A stretch of 26,889 nucleotides of DNA, from the IMG/VR virus record IMGVR_UViG_2537562020_000004; one strand, written 5' to 3'. Shown here one piece after another: positions 7,806-16,778 of the stretch; within the stretch, counting starts at the first letter, position 1, and each line of letters begins with the position of its first letter. The notes under the pieces were generated by a model. It did no database searches. It had not been told where the DNA came from and saw only the letters and a program-made list of their open reading frames with translations. The position numbers and the translations under genes are program-made. The stretch comes from a virus (lineage: Duplodnaviria; Heunggongvirae; Uroviricota; Caudoviricetes).

Positions 7806-10028
7806 TTGGCTGTTCAATTCGCTTATCCGTGGAACGTCCCACGGTCGGCAATCTCCAGCCCATACCTTACTTATGAGCAACAGCATCGCCGCGACCGTAT
7901 GTTCGCGGCTTTGCTGCATGCAAAAAAGGGGCTTTCTCTCCAGCCCGACTGCGTGCGGTTAGATGTTTATCGCACTGCTGCGGTGCTGGAACAAAATCAG
8001 GGTAGTCAACGAGCCAATGCATTTTTAATCAGCTTCTGCAAAAAGGCATTGCCGCGTCTTGAACTGGTCGCAAAAAAATCCGAATGCGCTGGTATCAACA
8101 GCAAGGTATCAACCGCTGTTTTTGGAAGTCATTTTGATACTCAGCAAATGCAATATCTGTCGTCACGCATGGTTAATATGGTCGCCCGATATAACCGTCT
8201 CCCGGACATGTCGCGCGCTGATGTTGACCTGTTGGCCGCTGATATTGCTAATTTCATTCGTGGTGAACTTGCCAACATTAATGACCACGGATTCGGCGAG
8301 CTTAAAACGCTGTACACCTGGTATATTCGTGCTGGCTTTATTTCCCTCCAATTCAACGTTATCCCACCACATTGGGAGCGGGTTGAAAAAAAATATGTCG
8401 GTGCGGATGAAATCGCACCGGCTATCGCCAAAATGTTTAACGATGGGGGGTGGCGCGGTCGTTTGCGCCGTGTAGCAGCTACGTGGCGCGAACACCTGCA
8501 AATTGCAGTCGGCAACGTCAGTAAGAAAAAAAACACTTACGCGAGTAAAAACTGCGTGACTGACTGGCGTGAACAAAAGCGCCGCACTCGTGAATTTCTC
8601 AAAGGTCTGGATCTCGAAGACGAAGACGGCAACCGTATCAGCCTAATTGAAAAATATGATGGCTCAGTTGCTAACCCTGCGATTCGCCGCTGTGAGCTCA
8701 TGACCCGCATTCGTGGGTTTGAAAACATCTGTAATGAGCTCGGTTATGTCGGTGAGTTTTACACTCTAACCGCGCCGTCAAAATATCACGCCACGACTAA
8801 AGCCGGTTACCGTAACAGCAAATGGAGCGGTGCCAGCCCGGCTGACACGCAAAACTATCTAACCGGTATCTGGGCGCGTATCCGTGCCAAACTACATCGG
8901 GAAGATGTCCGTATTTTCGGTATTCGTGTCGCCGAGCCCCATCACGACGGCACTCCACACTGGCACATGCTGATGTTCATGCTGCCGGAAGATGTTGAAT
9001 ATGTTCGCTCCATCGTCCGTAAATACGCATGGAAAGAAGACCGCCACGAACTGAAAAGCGATAAATCCCAAAAAGCACGTTTCCACGCGGAGTCCATTGA
9101 CCCGGAGAAAGGCAGCGCAACCGGCTATGTTGCTAAATACATTTCAAAAAATATCGACGGTTATGCTCTCGATGGTGAAACCGATGATGAAAGCGGTGAG
9201 CTGCTGAAAGAGACAGCCCCCGCCGTTTCAGCATGGGCTGCGCGCTGGCACATCCGTCAGTTTCAGTTTATTGGTGGTGCGCCGGTGACGGTTTACCGTG
9301 AGTTGCGTCGCCTCGCTGATACCGAAACCGCGCACGGTCTGAGCGTTGAGTTTGCCGCCGTCCATGATGCCGCCGACGCTGGTGACTGGGCTGGTTATGT
9401 TAATGCTCAGGGTGGGCCGTTTGTCCGTCGCGATGATTTACAGGTGCGCACACTGTATGAACCGCGTACCGAGCTTAATCAGTACGGTGAGGAAACGGTA
9501 TGTATTAAGGGGGTCTACGATTCCTCCATAGGTGCAGGAAGCCCGATTTTAACCCGGCTCACTCAGTGGAAGATTGTTCCGAAGCGTGCTGTTGATTTGG
9601 CCGTTGACCTTCAGGACGGCAAAGCCGTCCCTCGGAGTTCTGTCAATAACTGTACGGGAAGCGAAAGCGATCCACCGATACTGGATTTAACAAAACCACT
9701 GAGTCGGCGTGAAAGACGAGAATTGACCAACCGACTCAGGAAGCAAAAGCCAGCAGCACGGCGAAAATTCATCCACGGAACGGATGAGCAAAACGCAGCT
9801 ATAGCTAAAACTATCGATGAGATACATCTGACAACCGGCATTAATATCAGCCGGGGCGAAGCCCTGCACCTGATGGCCGGTGGTAAAAGTTGTTTTGATG
9901 GTAAATGGCTACGCGGAACGGCCAAAGGAGAAATATTTTCCGCAGCACCATCGCATGAGGCTAAAGCTCGGAAAATCCTTAATCGTGTTGCGGCGATGGC
10001 TGAAGCATCAAAACCAATACATGAGTAA
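7806..10028 (+). CDS. A: Replication initiation protein A (rolling-circle endonuclease), 740 aa; start codon uncertain (TTG at 7806 or ATG at 7899)
   Basis: Conserved block YTLTAPSKYH...RVAEPHHDGTPHWHMLMF...GYVAKYISKNIDGYALDG characteristic of P2 gpA / 186 A. Confidence 0.9.
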   Translation: MAVQFAYPWNVPRSAISSPYLTYEQQHRRDRMFAALLHAKKGLSLQPDCVRLDVYRTAAVLEQNQGSQRANAFLISFCKKALPRLELVAKKSECAGINSKVSTAVFGSHFDTQQMQYLSSRMVNMVARYNRLPDMSRADVDLLAADIANFIRGELANINDHGFGELKTLYTWYIRAGFISLQFNVIPPHWERVEKKYVGADEIAPAIAKMFNDGGWRGRLRRVAATWREHLQIAVGNVSKKKNTYASKNCVTDWREQKRRTREFLKGLDLEDEDGNRISLIEKYDGSVANPAIRRCELMTRIRGFENICNELGYVGEFYTLTAPSKYHATTKAGYRNSKWSGASPADTQNYLTGIWARIRAKLHREDVRIFGIRVAEPHHDGTPHWHMLMFMLPEDVEYVRSIVRKYAWKEDRHELKSDKSQKARFHAESIDPEKGSATGYVAKYISKNIDGYALDGETDDESGELLKETAPAVSAWAARWHIRQFQFIGGAPVTVYRELRRLADTETAHGLSVEFAAVHDAADAGDWAGYVNAQGGPFVRRDDLQVRTLYEPRTELNQYGEETVCIKGVYDSSIGAGSPILTRLTQWKIVPKRAVDLAVDLQDGKAVPRSSVNNCTGSESDPPILDLTKPLSRRERRELTNRLRKQKPAARRKFIHGTDEQNAAIAKTIDEIHLTTGINISRGEALHLMAGGKSCFDGKWLRGTAKGEIFSAAPSHEAKARKILNRVAAMAEASKPIHE

Positions 10029-10102
10029 TTCATATCCATATCATGCACATACAGCAATCGCTCTATTCGTTTTTTTTCTTCCCATCTTTTGCCAATACGT
10101 GC

Positions 10103-10122
10103 TACTGTATAAATATACAGTA
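10103..10122 (+). promoter_or_regulatory. LexA operator (SOS box) TACTGTATAAATATACAGTA overlapping a promoter (186 p95-like)
   Basis: Perfect CTGT-N8-ACAG palindrome with AT-rich centre; overlaps TATAAA -10-like hexamer; 20 nt upstream of the GGGAGGG RBS of the tum-like ORF. Confidence 0.75.
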
Positions 10123-10141
10123 ACCCTGTGGGAGGGATTTC

Positions 10142-10324
10142 ATGGTTGGCGAACATTTCAGCCGAACGCAGCAAAAGTGGGCTTGTGTGCAATTTATTGC
10201 CGAGGTATCTCTGATTGCAAACTGCAAGCCATCAGACTTAAAGCTCGCGCTCACTCTCATTGCAGACCTAGCAAACAGCGAGAATAACGAAACCGAAGAT
10301 GATAATTTTTATAAGGCTGATTAG
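10142..10324 (+). CDS. Tum-like SOS-induced ORF, N-terminal part (60 aa), ends at in-frame TAG
   Basis: RBS GGGAGGG 6 nt upstream; first ORF after the LexA box; in the same frame as the following DinI-like ORF, separated only by TAG (10322-10324) and ATT. Confidence 0.5.
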   Translation: MVGEHFSRTQQKWACVQFIAEVSLIANCKPSDLKLALTLIADLANSENNETEDDNFYKAD

Positions 10325-10327
10325 ATT

Positions 10328-10561
10328 ATGAGAATCAATATCACGTTGGATAAAGAGCAAAAAATTAGTCAGGCAACATTGGATGCACTTGAGGCTGAAC
10401 TGTACCGCAATCTTCAACCTATTTACCCAAAGACTGCTATCCGAATTCGCAAGGGCTCCGCTAATGGCGTTGAACTAAGCGGTTTGAAACTGGACGAAGA
10501 TAAAAAACGAGTAATGGAAATCATGCAGCAGGTATGGGAGGACGATAGCTGGCTGCATTAA
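10328..10561 (+). CDS. DinI-family protein (77 aa)
   Basis: MRINITLDKEQKISQATLDALEAELYRNLQ...MEIMQQVWEDDSWL resembles E. coli DinI (MRIEVTIAK...ILQETWESADDWF). Confidence 0.75.
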   Translation: MRINITLDKEQKISQATLDALEAELYRNLQPIYPKTAIRIRKGSANGVELSGLKLDEDKKRVMEIMQQVWEDDSWLH

Positions 10562-10563
10562 CA

Positions 10564-10632
10564 AACGCCGCCGGTGCTGAAACTTGCTTTCAGTGCTGGC
10601 GGGGTTGAACAACTCGCACCGCGAGGCGCTAG
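10564..10632 (+). repeat. 69 bp hairpin-containing element R1 (direct repeat copy 1)
   Basis: ~88% identical to 10969-11037; contains imperfect inverted repeat GCCGCCGGTGCTGAAA-cttgc-TTTCAGTGCTGGCGG whose mismatches are G-T (G-U wobble in a plus-strand transcript); starts 3 nt after a stop codon. Confidence 0.6.
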
Positions 10633-10756
10633 TTCTTCCTCTCAAAGTTTCTCGATGTTTTATTGGTTACACACCAGTGATGAATGGGACGTTACCTTAG
10701 CGGGTTTTATAGTGGCGCTGTGGCAGCGCTAAATAAAATTCATTGAGGGCGATAAT

Positions 10757-10966
10757 ATGCATCGACTACCGGGCGAAATTCCGCAGCACAAAACTAAAAG
10801 CATCAAACTGATGGCCATCGTTCATCGTCTGCAGCAGATAATGGTCAATGAGAATTTGACACCCGCCGAGCTGGTCGGGTGTGCCGAAATAGTCAGGGAT
10901 AATTACGGCAAGCTGGATAGCATCAGCAAGCCGACACATTACTCACCGCCACCACGTCGACCATAG
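10757..10966 (+). CDS. Hypothetical protein (69 aa) flanked by repeats R1 and R2
   Basis: ORF with RBS GAGGG 7 nt upstream of ATG; no recognisable family. Confidence 0.4.
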   Translation: MHRLPGEIPQHKTKSIKLMAIVHRLQQIMVNENLTPAELVGCAEIVRDNYGKLDSISKPTHYSPPPRRP

Positions 10967-10968
10967 AT

Positions 10969-11037
10969 AACGCCGCCGGAGCTGAAACTCGCTTTCAGGT
11001 CTGGCGGGGTTGAACAACGAGCTACGCGAGGCGTTAG
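10969..11037 (+). repeat. 69 bp hairpin-containing element R2 (direct repeat copy 2)
   Basis: Aligns with R1 with ~8 mismatches; same position relative to the preceding stop codon (TAG 10964-10966). Confidence 0.6.
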
Positions 11038-11099
11038 CCGGTCATAGCGTCGCAAATACTTCAACCGTCTGCTGGTTAAATAATTCGAGGTTTTTGGAC

Positions 11100-11294
11100 A
11101 TGCAAAATCCCCTTTCATCGAAAAATGACCCGTTTGCCGATTGGGCAAAGAATCTGACTTTAATGGCTTTAAATAACGACCTGAGCTCTCGCGAGGTGGA
11201 AAGCTACACCGCAAAAATGGTCGGGCAGGCCGGTAAAGATGAGCTATCAGTCGTTATCAAACACCTGTTAAATCACATCAGAATGCGCAAATAA
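11100..11294 (+). CDS. Hypothetical protein (64 aa)
   Basis: ATG 11100 with GAGG ~10 nt upstream; the longer track ORF (11010) would start inside R2. Confidence 0.4.
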   Translation: MQNPLSSKNDPFADWAKNLTLMALNNDLSSREVESYTAKMVGQAGKDELSVVIKHLLNHIRMRK

Positions 11295-11310
11295 GAGGAA
11301 CTATATAAAT

Positions 11311-11412
11311 ATGTTATCTCTCGTTTATGAAAATCCGTGGACGACGATTTTTCTGATGATTGTTGCCAGCATGTGCCTCAACAGTGTTATTGGCGCATTG
11401 CGCGGCCATTAA
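11311..11412 (+). CDS. Putative small hydrophobic peptide (33 aa, MLSLVYENPWTTIFLMIVASMCLNSVIGALRGH)
   Basis: Short ORF with AAGAGGA 11 nt upstream, one predicted TM-like segment, followed ~20 nt later by an intrinsic terminator; below the ORF-track size cutoff. Confidence 0.25.
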   Translation: MLSLVYENPWTTIFLMIVASMCLNSVIGALRGH

Positions 11413-11433
11413 TCGCGACAAAACCAGACTAAA

Positions 11434-11461
11434 ACCGGCACCCTGAATGCCGGTTTTTTTA
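11434..11461 (+). terminator. Rho-independent terminator ending the rightward early/SOS gene block
   Basis: Stem ACCGGCA/TGCCGGT (7 bp), 7 nt loop, followed by TTTTTTT. Confidence 0.7.
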
Positions 11462-11620
11462 TGCCATTTTTCCGCGAATTTCCCGTTTTTTAGTCGTGCA
11501 TGCATCAGGTGCATGGTTTTGCATGCGTCAGTCTTGCCCGTTCTGTCCGTGCGCCGCCAGAGCTAGCGCGGATCCAGAGTTGTCATGCAACTGCATTAAA
11601 ACCGCCCCATAAAGCGGGCA

Positions 11621-11639
11621 GGCGTGGCGGGGAAAGCAT
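11621..11639. other. cos: cos site (cohesive-end sequence GGCGTGGCGGGGAAAGCAT, phage 186-type)
   Basis: Exact 19-mer recalled as the 186 cohesive end (P2 differs at 2 positions); located between the early-operon terminator and the portal-side genes, as expected in a P2-family prophage. Confidence 0.6.
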
Positions 11640-11858
11640 TGCGCGCCAGCAGTGATGCGTAATAATAAAAATTATCCTCTGAGCGCGTCGTGATGGCGCT
11701 GTCGTGGTCGCTGCTGGTTCGTTGGTGGTCGAGTGTGTTCGTGCGCGTGAGACGCATCTGATGCGTGATGGTGGTGTGCATGGAAAAGCCACCAGGAGCA
11801 GCGGCTTTACAGGAGTGGCAGGATTCAAACTGCTAATTATGTTTCTACTATGATTAAA

Positions 11859-12863
11859 CTAATTTACATGTATGTAGAGTTCACCGTCGCCAGACCAATC
11901 GGGACACTCTAAAACAAGCCCAAACTGCTTGAATATTTCATCAATGATTATTGTTATCTCCCGAAAATCACCAAAACCTGTAATGTGCTGGTCATTAAAC
12001 TTCCCATAAAGATTCTGAAAAGCAATGCCTAATTCTGATAATTGATATCTTATCTTTGAGTTGGATAGTGTAAGGGATAGCTTTGGATCGTATTCTTTAA
12101 TATTGATGTTTAGAGAATGGACATAACCCATCGCATAAGCATAAGAGTTGATGATTAGCCTGATACGTTTTTTTACTTCAAGATACATGTCATTCAGAGA
12201 AATATTACCGTACTTATAACCCCAGATGAGTTTTTCAATCTCGTCAGATACTTCATTTACAACAGTGTCAAGATTCTCTAAAAATAAATCGACAGTTTCT
12301 TGAGGGGCAGACCCCGAAGACATGTAATTAGCGAGATATTCAGACCATGCACGCGTGGCTGAGATAAGAAGCGCGCTACCATACTCGTTGACTGTAAAGT
12401 TTTGGGCTAAGCATGTTAGTAAGTTTTTTTCATGTACGTGCACTAATTCATGGTGAATGCGATGGATGACTGCGAGGTATCCTTCTTCTTTCAGTTTTAA
12501 GAAGCTACCATCATTGAAAAGCTCAACAAAAAAATCAATCGATAGCACAAGGGTATATTCTTCATATAGCCCATCATTGCCAATTTTTGTTACTAACTGC
12601 CCGACGGCTGCGCCCTGTTTGCTATTGGTAAATGAACTAGGGGATTTGTGTTGGTAAGAGGATGTTACCTTTTGAAGAGCTTCACTGAAGTTATAGGAAA
12701 CAATCACGCATTTTAATTTGGAGATATCAAGATTGAGATTCTTTGTTAAAGCTCGGATAGCTTCTAGTGTGAAATTACCGATATTATTTGCTTCTTGCTC
12801 AGTAGCGAAACCTTCGAGGGTTATTTTAAAATCAGTTTCCAAAATATTAATCTCCGCGCCCAT
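11859..12863 (-). CDS. AT-rich hypothetical protein (334 aa) with HExxH motif (HELVH); cargo gene between portal gene and cos
   Basis: Long ORF with AT-biased composition contrasting with adjacent phage genes; HRIHHELVHVHE at aa 135-146 (nt ~12438-12452); co-directional with Q/P. Confidence 0.7.
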   Translation of the reverse strand: MGAEINILETDFKITLEGFATEQEANNIGNFTLEAIRALTKNLNLDISKLKCVIVSYNFSEALQKVTSSYQHKSPSSFTNSKQGAAVGQLVTKIGNDGLYEEYTLVLSIDFFVELFNDGSFLKLKEEGYLAVIHRIHHELVHVHEKNLLTCLAQNFTVNEYGSALLISATRAWSEYLANYMSSGSAPQETVDLFLENLDTVVNEVSDEIEKLIWGYKYGNISLNDMYLEVKKRIRLIINSYAYAMGYVHSLNINIKEYDPKLSLTLSNSKIRYQLSELGIAFQNLYGKFNDQHITGFGDFREITIIIDEIFKQFGLVLECPDWSGDGELYIHVN

Positions 12864-12940
12864 TGTTTTGATATTCGATGCACTATAGCTTTCGCAGATT
12901 GCATCTTCAATAATGAGCGCAGAGATTGTGGCGGCCTAAG

Positions 12941-13987
12941 TTATTCTGGGTTGTCGAGGGTGTACTCTTTGAATCTGATGACCTCCATGCCGAGCCAGTC
13001 ATTTACCTCCCTGAACCTGTCCTGTAGCGGCGACAGCTCGTTGCGCACAAATACCTTTGCCACCTTCTCAACATCACCGAGTGAACCGATATTCTCGGGC
13101 TTGCCGCCCATGAGCTGGAACGGTACGCGGTGCGCGTCCATCAGATCGGCGGCACTGGCCTTCTTGATGTTGAAAAAGTCATCCTTTGTGGCGACCTCGC
13201 TCAGTGGCACGATTTTGATGCCGTCCGGTTTTCCGCCGGGAGCGTAGAAAAACAGGTTCTTAAAGTTGCCGAGCCCTTTTGAGTTGCGCATCGCCTCGCG
13301 CAGCGATTCGACGTCGGTCGCGCTCTGCGCCGGGTCAGTCACATACATGATGTAGCCTGCGTGCGCGCCGTTCTGATAATACTTGCGGCGGAACAGCGTC
13401 GCGGATTCATTCAGCCAAGCGGAATTAAGCGCGCTGAGATATTCCGGCAGACCGTAAATCTCCTGATTAATGTCGGGCTCCAGCAGGTGAAACACGGTAT
13501 CAGGCGCGAACTCGTGCGGCTGGGGGAAGTTTTCCACAAACCAGAAAATCGAATCGTCGACTCCGCGTCGGGTGTATTTGGCTGGCGAGGCCAGCAGTTT
13601 GATTAACTGGCCGGTGACGCTGTGGCGCTGCTCAAGAAAGGCGTTACCGAACACCAGATAATCGAGCGCAAAGCGGCTGAAATCCTGACGGGATAACAAC
13701 GGGTGCGGAATGTAGGTGCTCGCGAGCACGTTACGCTTAACATAAATTGGCGAGCTGTGATGCACGGCAGAGCGCAGGCTCTTTGCCAGCCCTGAGAAGC
13801 TGACCGGCGGCTCGTACCATTTGCCGTTACTGATGCACTCGACGTAATCCAGAATGTCGCGCTTATCGAGTACCGGCACCGGCTCGCCGAAGGTGAACGC
13901 TGTCGTTTTTGGCGGTGCGCTGGCGGTCAGTTGTTGTGGTTTGCTGGCCTTTTGTGCGTTGGCTTTACGGGATTTTTGTTTACCCAT
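12941..13987 (-). CDS. Q: Portal protein (P2 gpQ-like), 348 aa
   Basis: Size, position next to large terminase and cos, basic N-terminus MGKQKSRKANAQ typical of P2-family portal proteins. Confidence 0.9.
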   Translation of the reverse strand: MGKQKSRKANAQKASKPQQLTASAPPKTTAFTFGEPVPVLDKRDILDYVECISNGKWYEPPVSFSGLAKSLRSAVHHSSPIYVKRNVLASTYIPHPLLSRQDFSRFALDYLVFGNAFLEQRHSVTGQLIKLLASPAKYTRRGVDDSIFWFVENFPQPHEFAPDTVFHLLEPDINQEIYGLPEYLSALNSAWLNESATLFRRKYYQNGAHAGYIMYVTDPAQSATDVESLREAMRNSKGLGNFKNLFFYAPGGKPDGIKIVPLSEVATKDDFFNIKKASAADLMDAHRVPFQLMGGKPENIGSLGDVEKVAKVFVRNELSPLQDRFREVNDWLGMEVIRFKEYTLDNPE

Positions 13988-13988
13988 T

Positions 13989-15758
13989 TTAGTTGAACTC
14001 CAGAATAGATTTAGGCTGCATGCCGCTACCGGCAGAAAGCGGTTCGTTTAACAGGGCGTGCATGGTCGCCCATGCGATATCGGCGTGGCTGGCTTCCTCG
14101 GTGCGGCTGGCCTCATAGGTGGCGCAGCGCCCGCTGCTGGTCATGGTTTTGCGGATGGACATAAACGACTGCGTGACGTCGGTTGCTCCGGCGTCGTACT
14201 CCAGACAGCCACGGCGAATGGTGTCTTTCGCCTTGAGTACCATTGCGGTTTTCATTTCAGGTGTGTAACGGATGCCGCGTGCCGCCGGGTAAAATGAGCG
14301 CACCAGCTGGAACACGCCGAGACCGAGGCCGGTTGCGTCAATGCCGATGTATTCGACGTTGTATTTCTCGGTCAGCTTGCGGATGCCCTCTGCCTGTGCT
14401 GCAAAATCCATGCCCTTCCACTGGTGGCGCTCCAGCATGCGGAACTTGCCACCAGAGACCACCGGCGGCGCGAGCACGACGCACCCGGCACTGTCGCCGG
14501 TGTGTGACGGGTCGTAGCCAATCCAGACAGGACGAGAGCCGAACGGATGGTCGGCGAACGGGGCAAAGTCCTCCCATTCCTCCATCACATCGACCATGCA
14601 GCGCTGCAGCTCCTCGAACGGGAATACCGACGCTTTATCGTCGACAAACTCGCACATAAACAGGTTCTTAAAGTCCTCATCACTGTTTTCGCGTTTGAGC
14701 TGGTCGAGGTCGAACAGGGTGCAGCCACCCGCAAGGGCGTCCTCAATGGTGACAATCTGCCGCCACTGGCCATCGTCGCAGAGCTGGCCACCGGCGAGCG
14801 CGCTGTGACTGATGTCGATTTCGATGCGGTCGGCAATCCGGCTGCGCCCCTTGTTGAACAGCTCGCCAGACCAGAAGGGGTAAGCGCCGTGCGCCAGCGT
14901 GGAAGGTGTCGAAAAATAGGTCGAGCGCAGGTGCTTTTGCGAGGCCATGCCCGAGGCGACTTTGCGCAGTTTCTGAAAATTCGGGATCCAGAATATTTCA
15001 TCGACATACAGATCGCCGTTATGGCTCTGCGCGGTGTTGGAATTGGTACCGAGAAAAATCAGTTTTGCGCCGTTGTTACCGATGACAATCGGGTCGCCAG
15101 TCAGGTCAACGTCGACCAGTCGCGCAAACTGGATGATGTATTCGCGGAACACGTAAGCCTGCGTTTTACTGGCTGATAAAAATATCTGGTTATGGCCGGT
15201 TTTGAGTGCGCGCAGCAGTGCCTCGCGGGAGAAATAGAATGTCGCGCCAATCTGGCGGGATTTGAGAATGTCACGAATACGGTGCTCCAGTCCTGCGCGG
15301 TACCACTGCAACTGGTACTCGAAAGACTGGTCGAAAAATAATTCCTCTAGTTTATCGATAGCCTCGTCGCTGAAAAAATTCTTTTTCGGCTTTTTGCGCT
15401 CCCCTTTGTTGCGGTTGGCGACGTTGGGGTTAAGGTCGGCTTCGTTGCCGGTCTGGCTGTAGCGGTTGACTCGCGCCAACCGTTCAATCTGCCGTCCGAG
15501 CAGGTCAATCTCTTTGAAATCACCCCCTGTCTTTTGCGGCTTGGCGATGAGCTGAATCAGCCTGGCCTCAAGGCTGCTTTCAACGCGGGAAATCGGCGCG
15601 ATGCCGTCCCAGCCGTCGCGCTGCTTCCAGCTCTGCACGGTCGGGCGCTTGACCTGCAGCATTTCGGCAATCTGTGGCACGGAAAAACCCTGCCAGTAAA
15701 GCAGCGATGCCTGCCGTCGCGGGTCATGCAACAAGGTTGTATCGGTGGAAATGGTCAT
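13989..15758 (-). CDS. P: Terminase large (ATPase) subunit (P2 gpP-like), 589 aa
   Basis: 589 aa, divergent from the scaffold/capsid operon, nucleotide-binding region (ATFYFSREALLRALKTGHNQIFLSASKTQ), P2 gpP-like organisation. Confidence 0.9.
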   Translation of the reverse strand: MTISTDTTLLHDPRRQASLLYWQGFSVPQIAEMLQVKRPTVQSWKQRDGWDGIAPISRVESSLEARLIQLIAKPQKTGGDFKEIDLLGRQIERLARVNRYSQTGNEADLNPNVANRNKGERKKPKKNFFSDEAIDKLEELFFDQSFEYQLQWYRAGLEHRIRDILKSRQIGATFYFSREALLRALKTGHNQIFLSASKTQAYVFREYIIQFARLVDVDLTGDPIVIGNNGAKLIFLGTNSNTAQSHNGDLYVDEIFWIPNFQKLRKVASGMASQKHLRSTYFSTPSTLAHGAYPFWSGELFNKGRSRIADRIEIDISHSALAGGQLCDDGQWRQIVTIEDALAGGCTLFDLDQLKRENSDEDFKNLFMCEFVDDKASVFPFEELQRCMVDVMEEWEDFAPFADHPFGSRPVWIGYDPSHTGDSAGCVVLAPPVVSGGKFRMLERHQWKGMDFAAQAEGIRKLTEKYNVEYIGIDATGLGLGVFQLVRSFYPAARGIRYTPEMKTAMVLKAKDTIRRGCLEYDAGATDVTQSFMSIRKTMTSSGRCATYEASRTEEASHADIAWATMHALLNEPLSAGSGMQPKSILEFN

Positions 15759-15923
15759 TGATGCCTCGCCGTAGTGGATTCAGGGCAAGGCTACTTAATG
15801 GCCGTCAGTGATTCGCTAAGGTGCTGTTGTGTGGACGGTTGTCCAGTCGTCATTGGTGGTCTGGCGTGTCCTGAGTCTGGAAACTGGCGGTGACCAGTAA
15901 CCTCAACCTCAGGACTCCTGACA

Positions 15924-16778
15924 ATGGCAAAAAAAGTCTCAAAATTCTTTCGCATCGGCGTCGAGGGGGACACCTGCGACGGCCGCATTATCAGCGGCAA
16001 CGATATTCAGGAAATGGCCGAATCGTTTGACCCTCGCGTCTACGGTTGCCGCATTAACCTTGAGCATATTCGCGGTCTCTTTCCTGATGGCGACTTCAAA
16101 CGCTTAGGCGATGTGGTTGAACTGAAAGCTGAAATAATTGACGACGATTCTGCGCTTAACGGCAAATGGGCGTTGTTCGCCAGAATCACCCCAACCGACG
16201 ACCTGATTGCGATGAATAAAAAATTGCAGAAGGTCTACACCTCAATGGAAATTCAGCCGAATTTTGCCAATACCGGCAAATGCTACCTCGTCGGCCTTGC
16301 TGTCACCGATGACCCGGCGAGCCTCGGCACTGAATACCTCGAATTCTGCCGCAACGCGAAGCACAACCCGCTGCAGCGCTTTAAGACCAACCCTGAAAAC
16401 GTCTTTTCCGCTGCCACTCTGGCCGAGCTGGAGTTTGAAGACGTTCCCGACACGGTGCTCAACAGCCTGGCCGATAAGGTGAAAGCCATTTTCAGCCGTA
16501 AGCAGGTCAGCGACGATGCGCGCCTGAATGATGTGCATGAAGCGGTGACCACCGTCAGCGAACATGTGCAAACCAACCTGACAAAACAGGACGAGCGCCT
16601 TTCCGCTATGGAAACCGCGTTTGCCACTTTCAAACAGGAACTGACCGGCAAGGTTGAAGAAACCAGCCAGGCATTTTCCGACCTGAAAACCACCCTCGAT
16701 AAAACCGAAAGTTTCAGCCAGCCGCGACGCACGAAAGCCAGCGGCGGTGGTGGCGATGAGCTGCTGACCGACTGCTGA
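15924..16778 (+). CDS. O: Capsid scaffolding protein (P2 gpO-like), 284 aa
   Basis: Length and position identical to P2 gpO; first gene of the rightward head operon. Confidence 0.9.
   Translation: MAKKVSKFFRIGVEGDTCDGRIISGNDIQEMAESFDPRVYGCRINLEHIRGLFPDGDFKRLGDVVELKAEIIDDDSALNGKWALFARITPTDDLIAMNKKLQKVYTSMEIQPNFANTGKCYLVGLAVTDDPASLGTEYLEFCRNAKHNPLQRFKTNPENVFSAATLAELEFEDVPDTVLNSLADKVKAIFSRKQVSDDARLNDVHEAVTTVSEHVQTNLTKQDERLSAMETAFATFKQELTGKVEETSQAFSDLKTTLDKTESFSQPRRTKASGGGGDELLTDC

Noticed and set aside
9611-10192. 193 aa minus-strand ORF overlapping the 3' end of gene A and the LexA promoter
   Set aside because: Antisense to a well-supported conserved gene, no RBS, and crosses the SOS promoter; typical GC-rich shadow ORF. 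The same applies to other long antisense ORFs inside phage structural genes (e.g. 14547-15176+, 18073-19089-, 22865-23662-, 24747-25403-, 25289-25867-).
10564-11037. Integron attC sites or CRISPR repeats for the R1/R2 elements
   Set aside because: Only two copies 405 bp apart; ends lack the inverse core sites of attC; repeats are 69 bp and imperfect with a coding ORF between them, unlike CRISPR repeat-spacer arrays.
15759-15923. P2-type late promoter activator site (TGT-N12-ACA) in the divergent P/O intergenic region and upstream of V
   Set aside because: Manual scan did not find a convincing TGT-N12-ACA dyad; late promoters probably exist here but cannot be placed from sequence alone.
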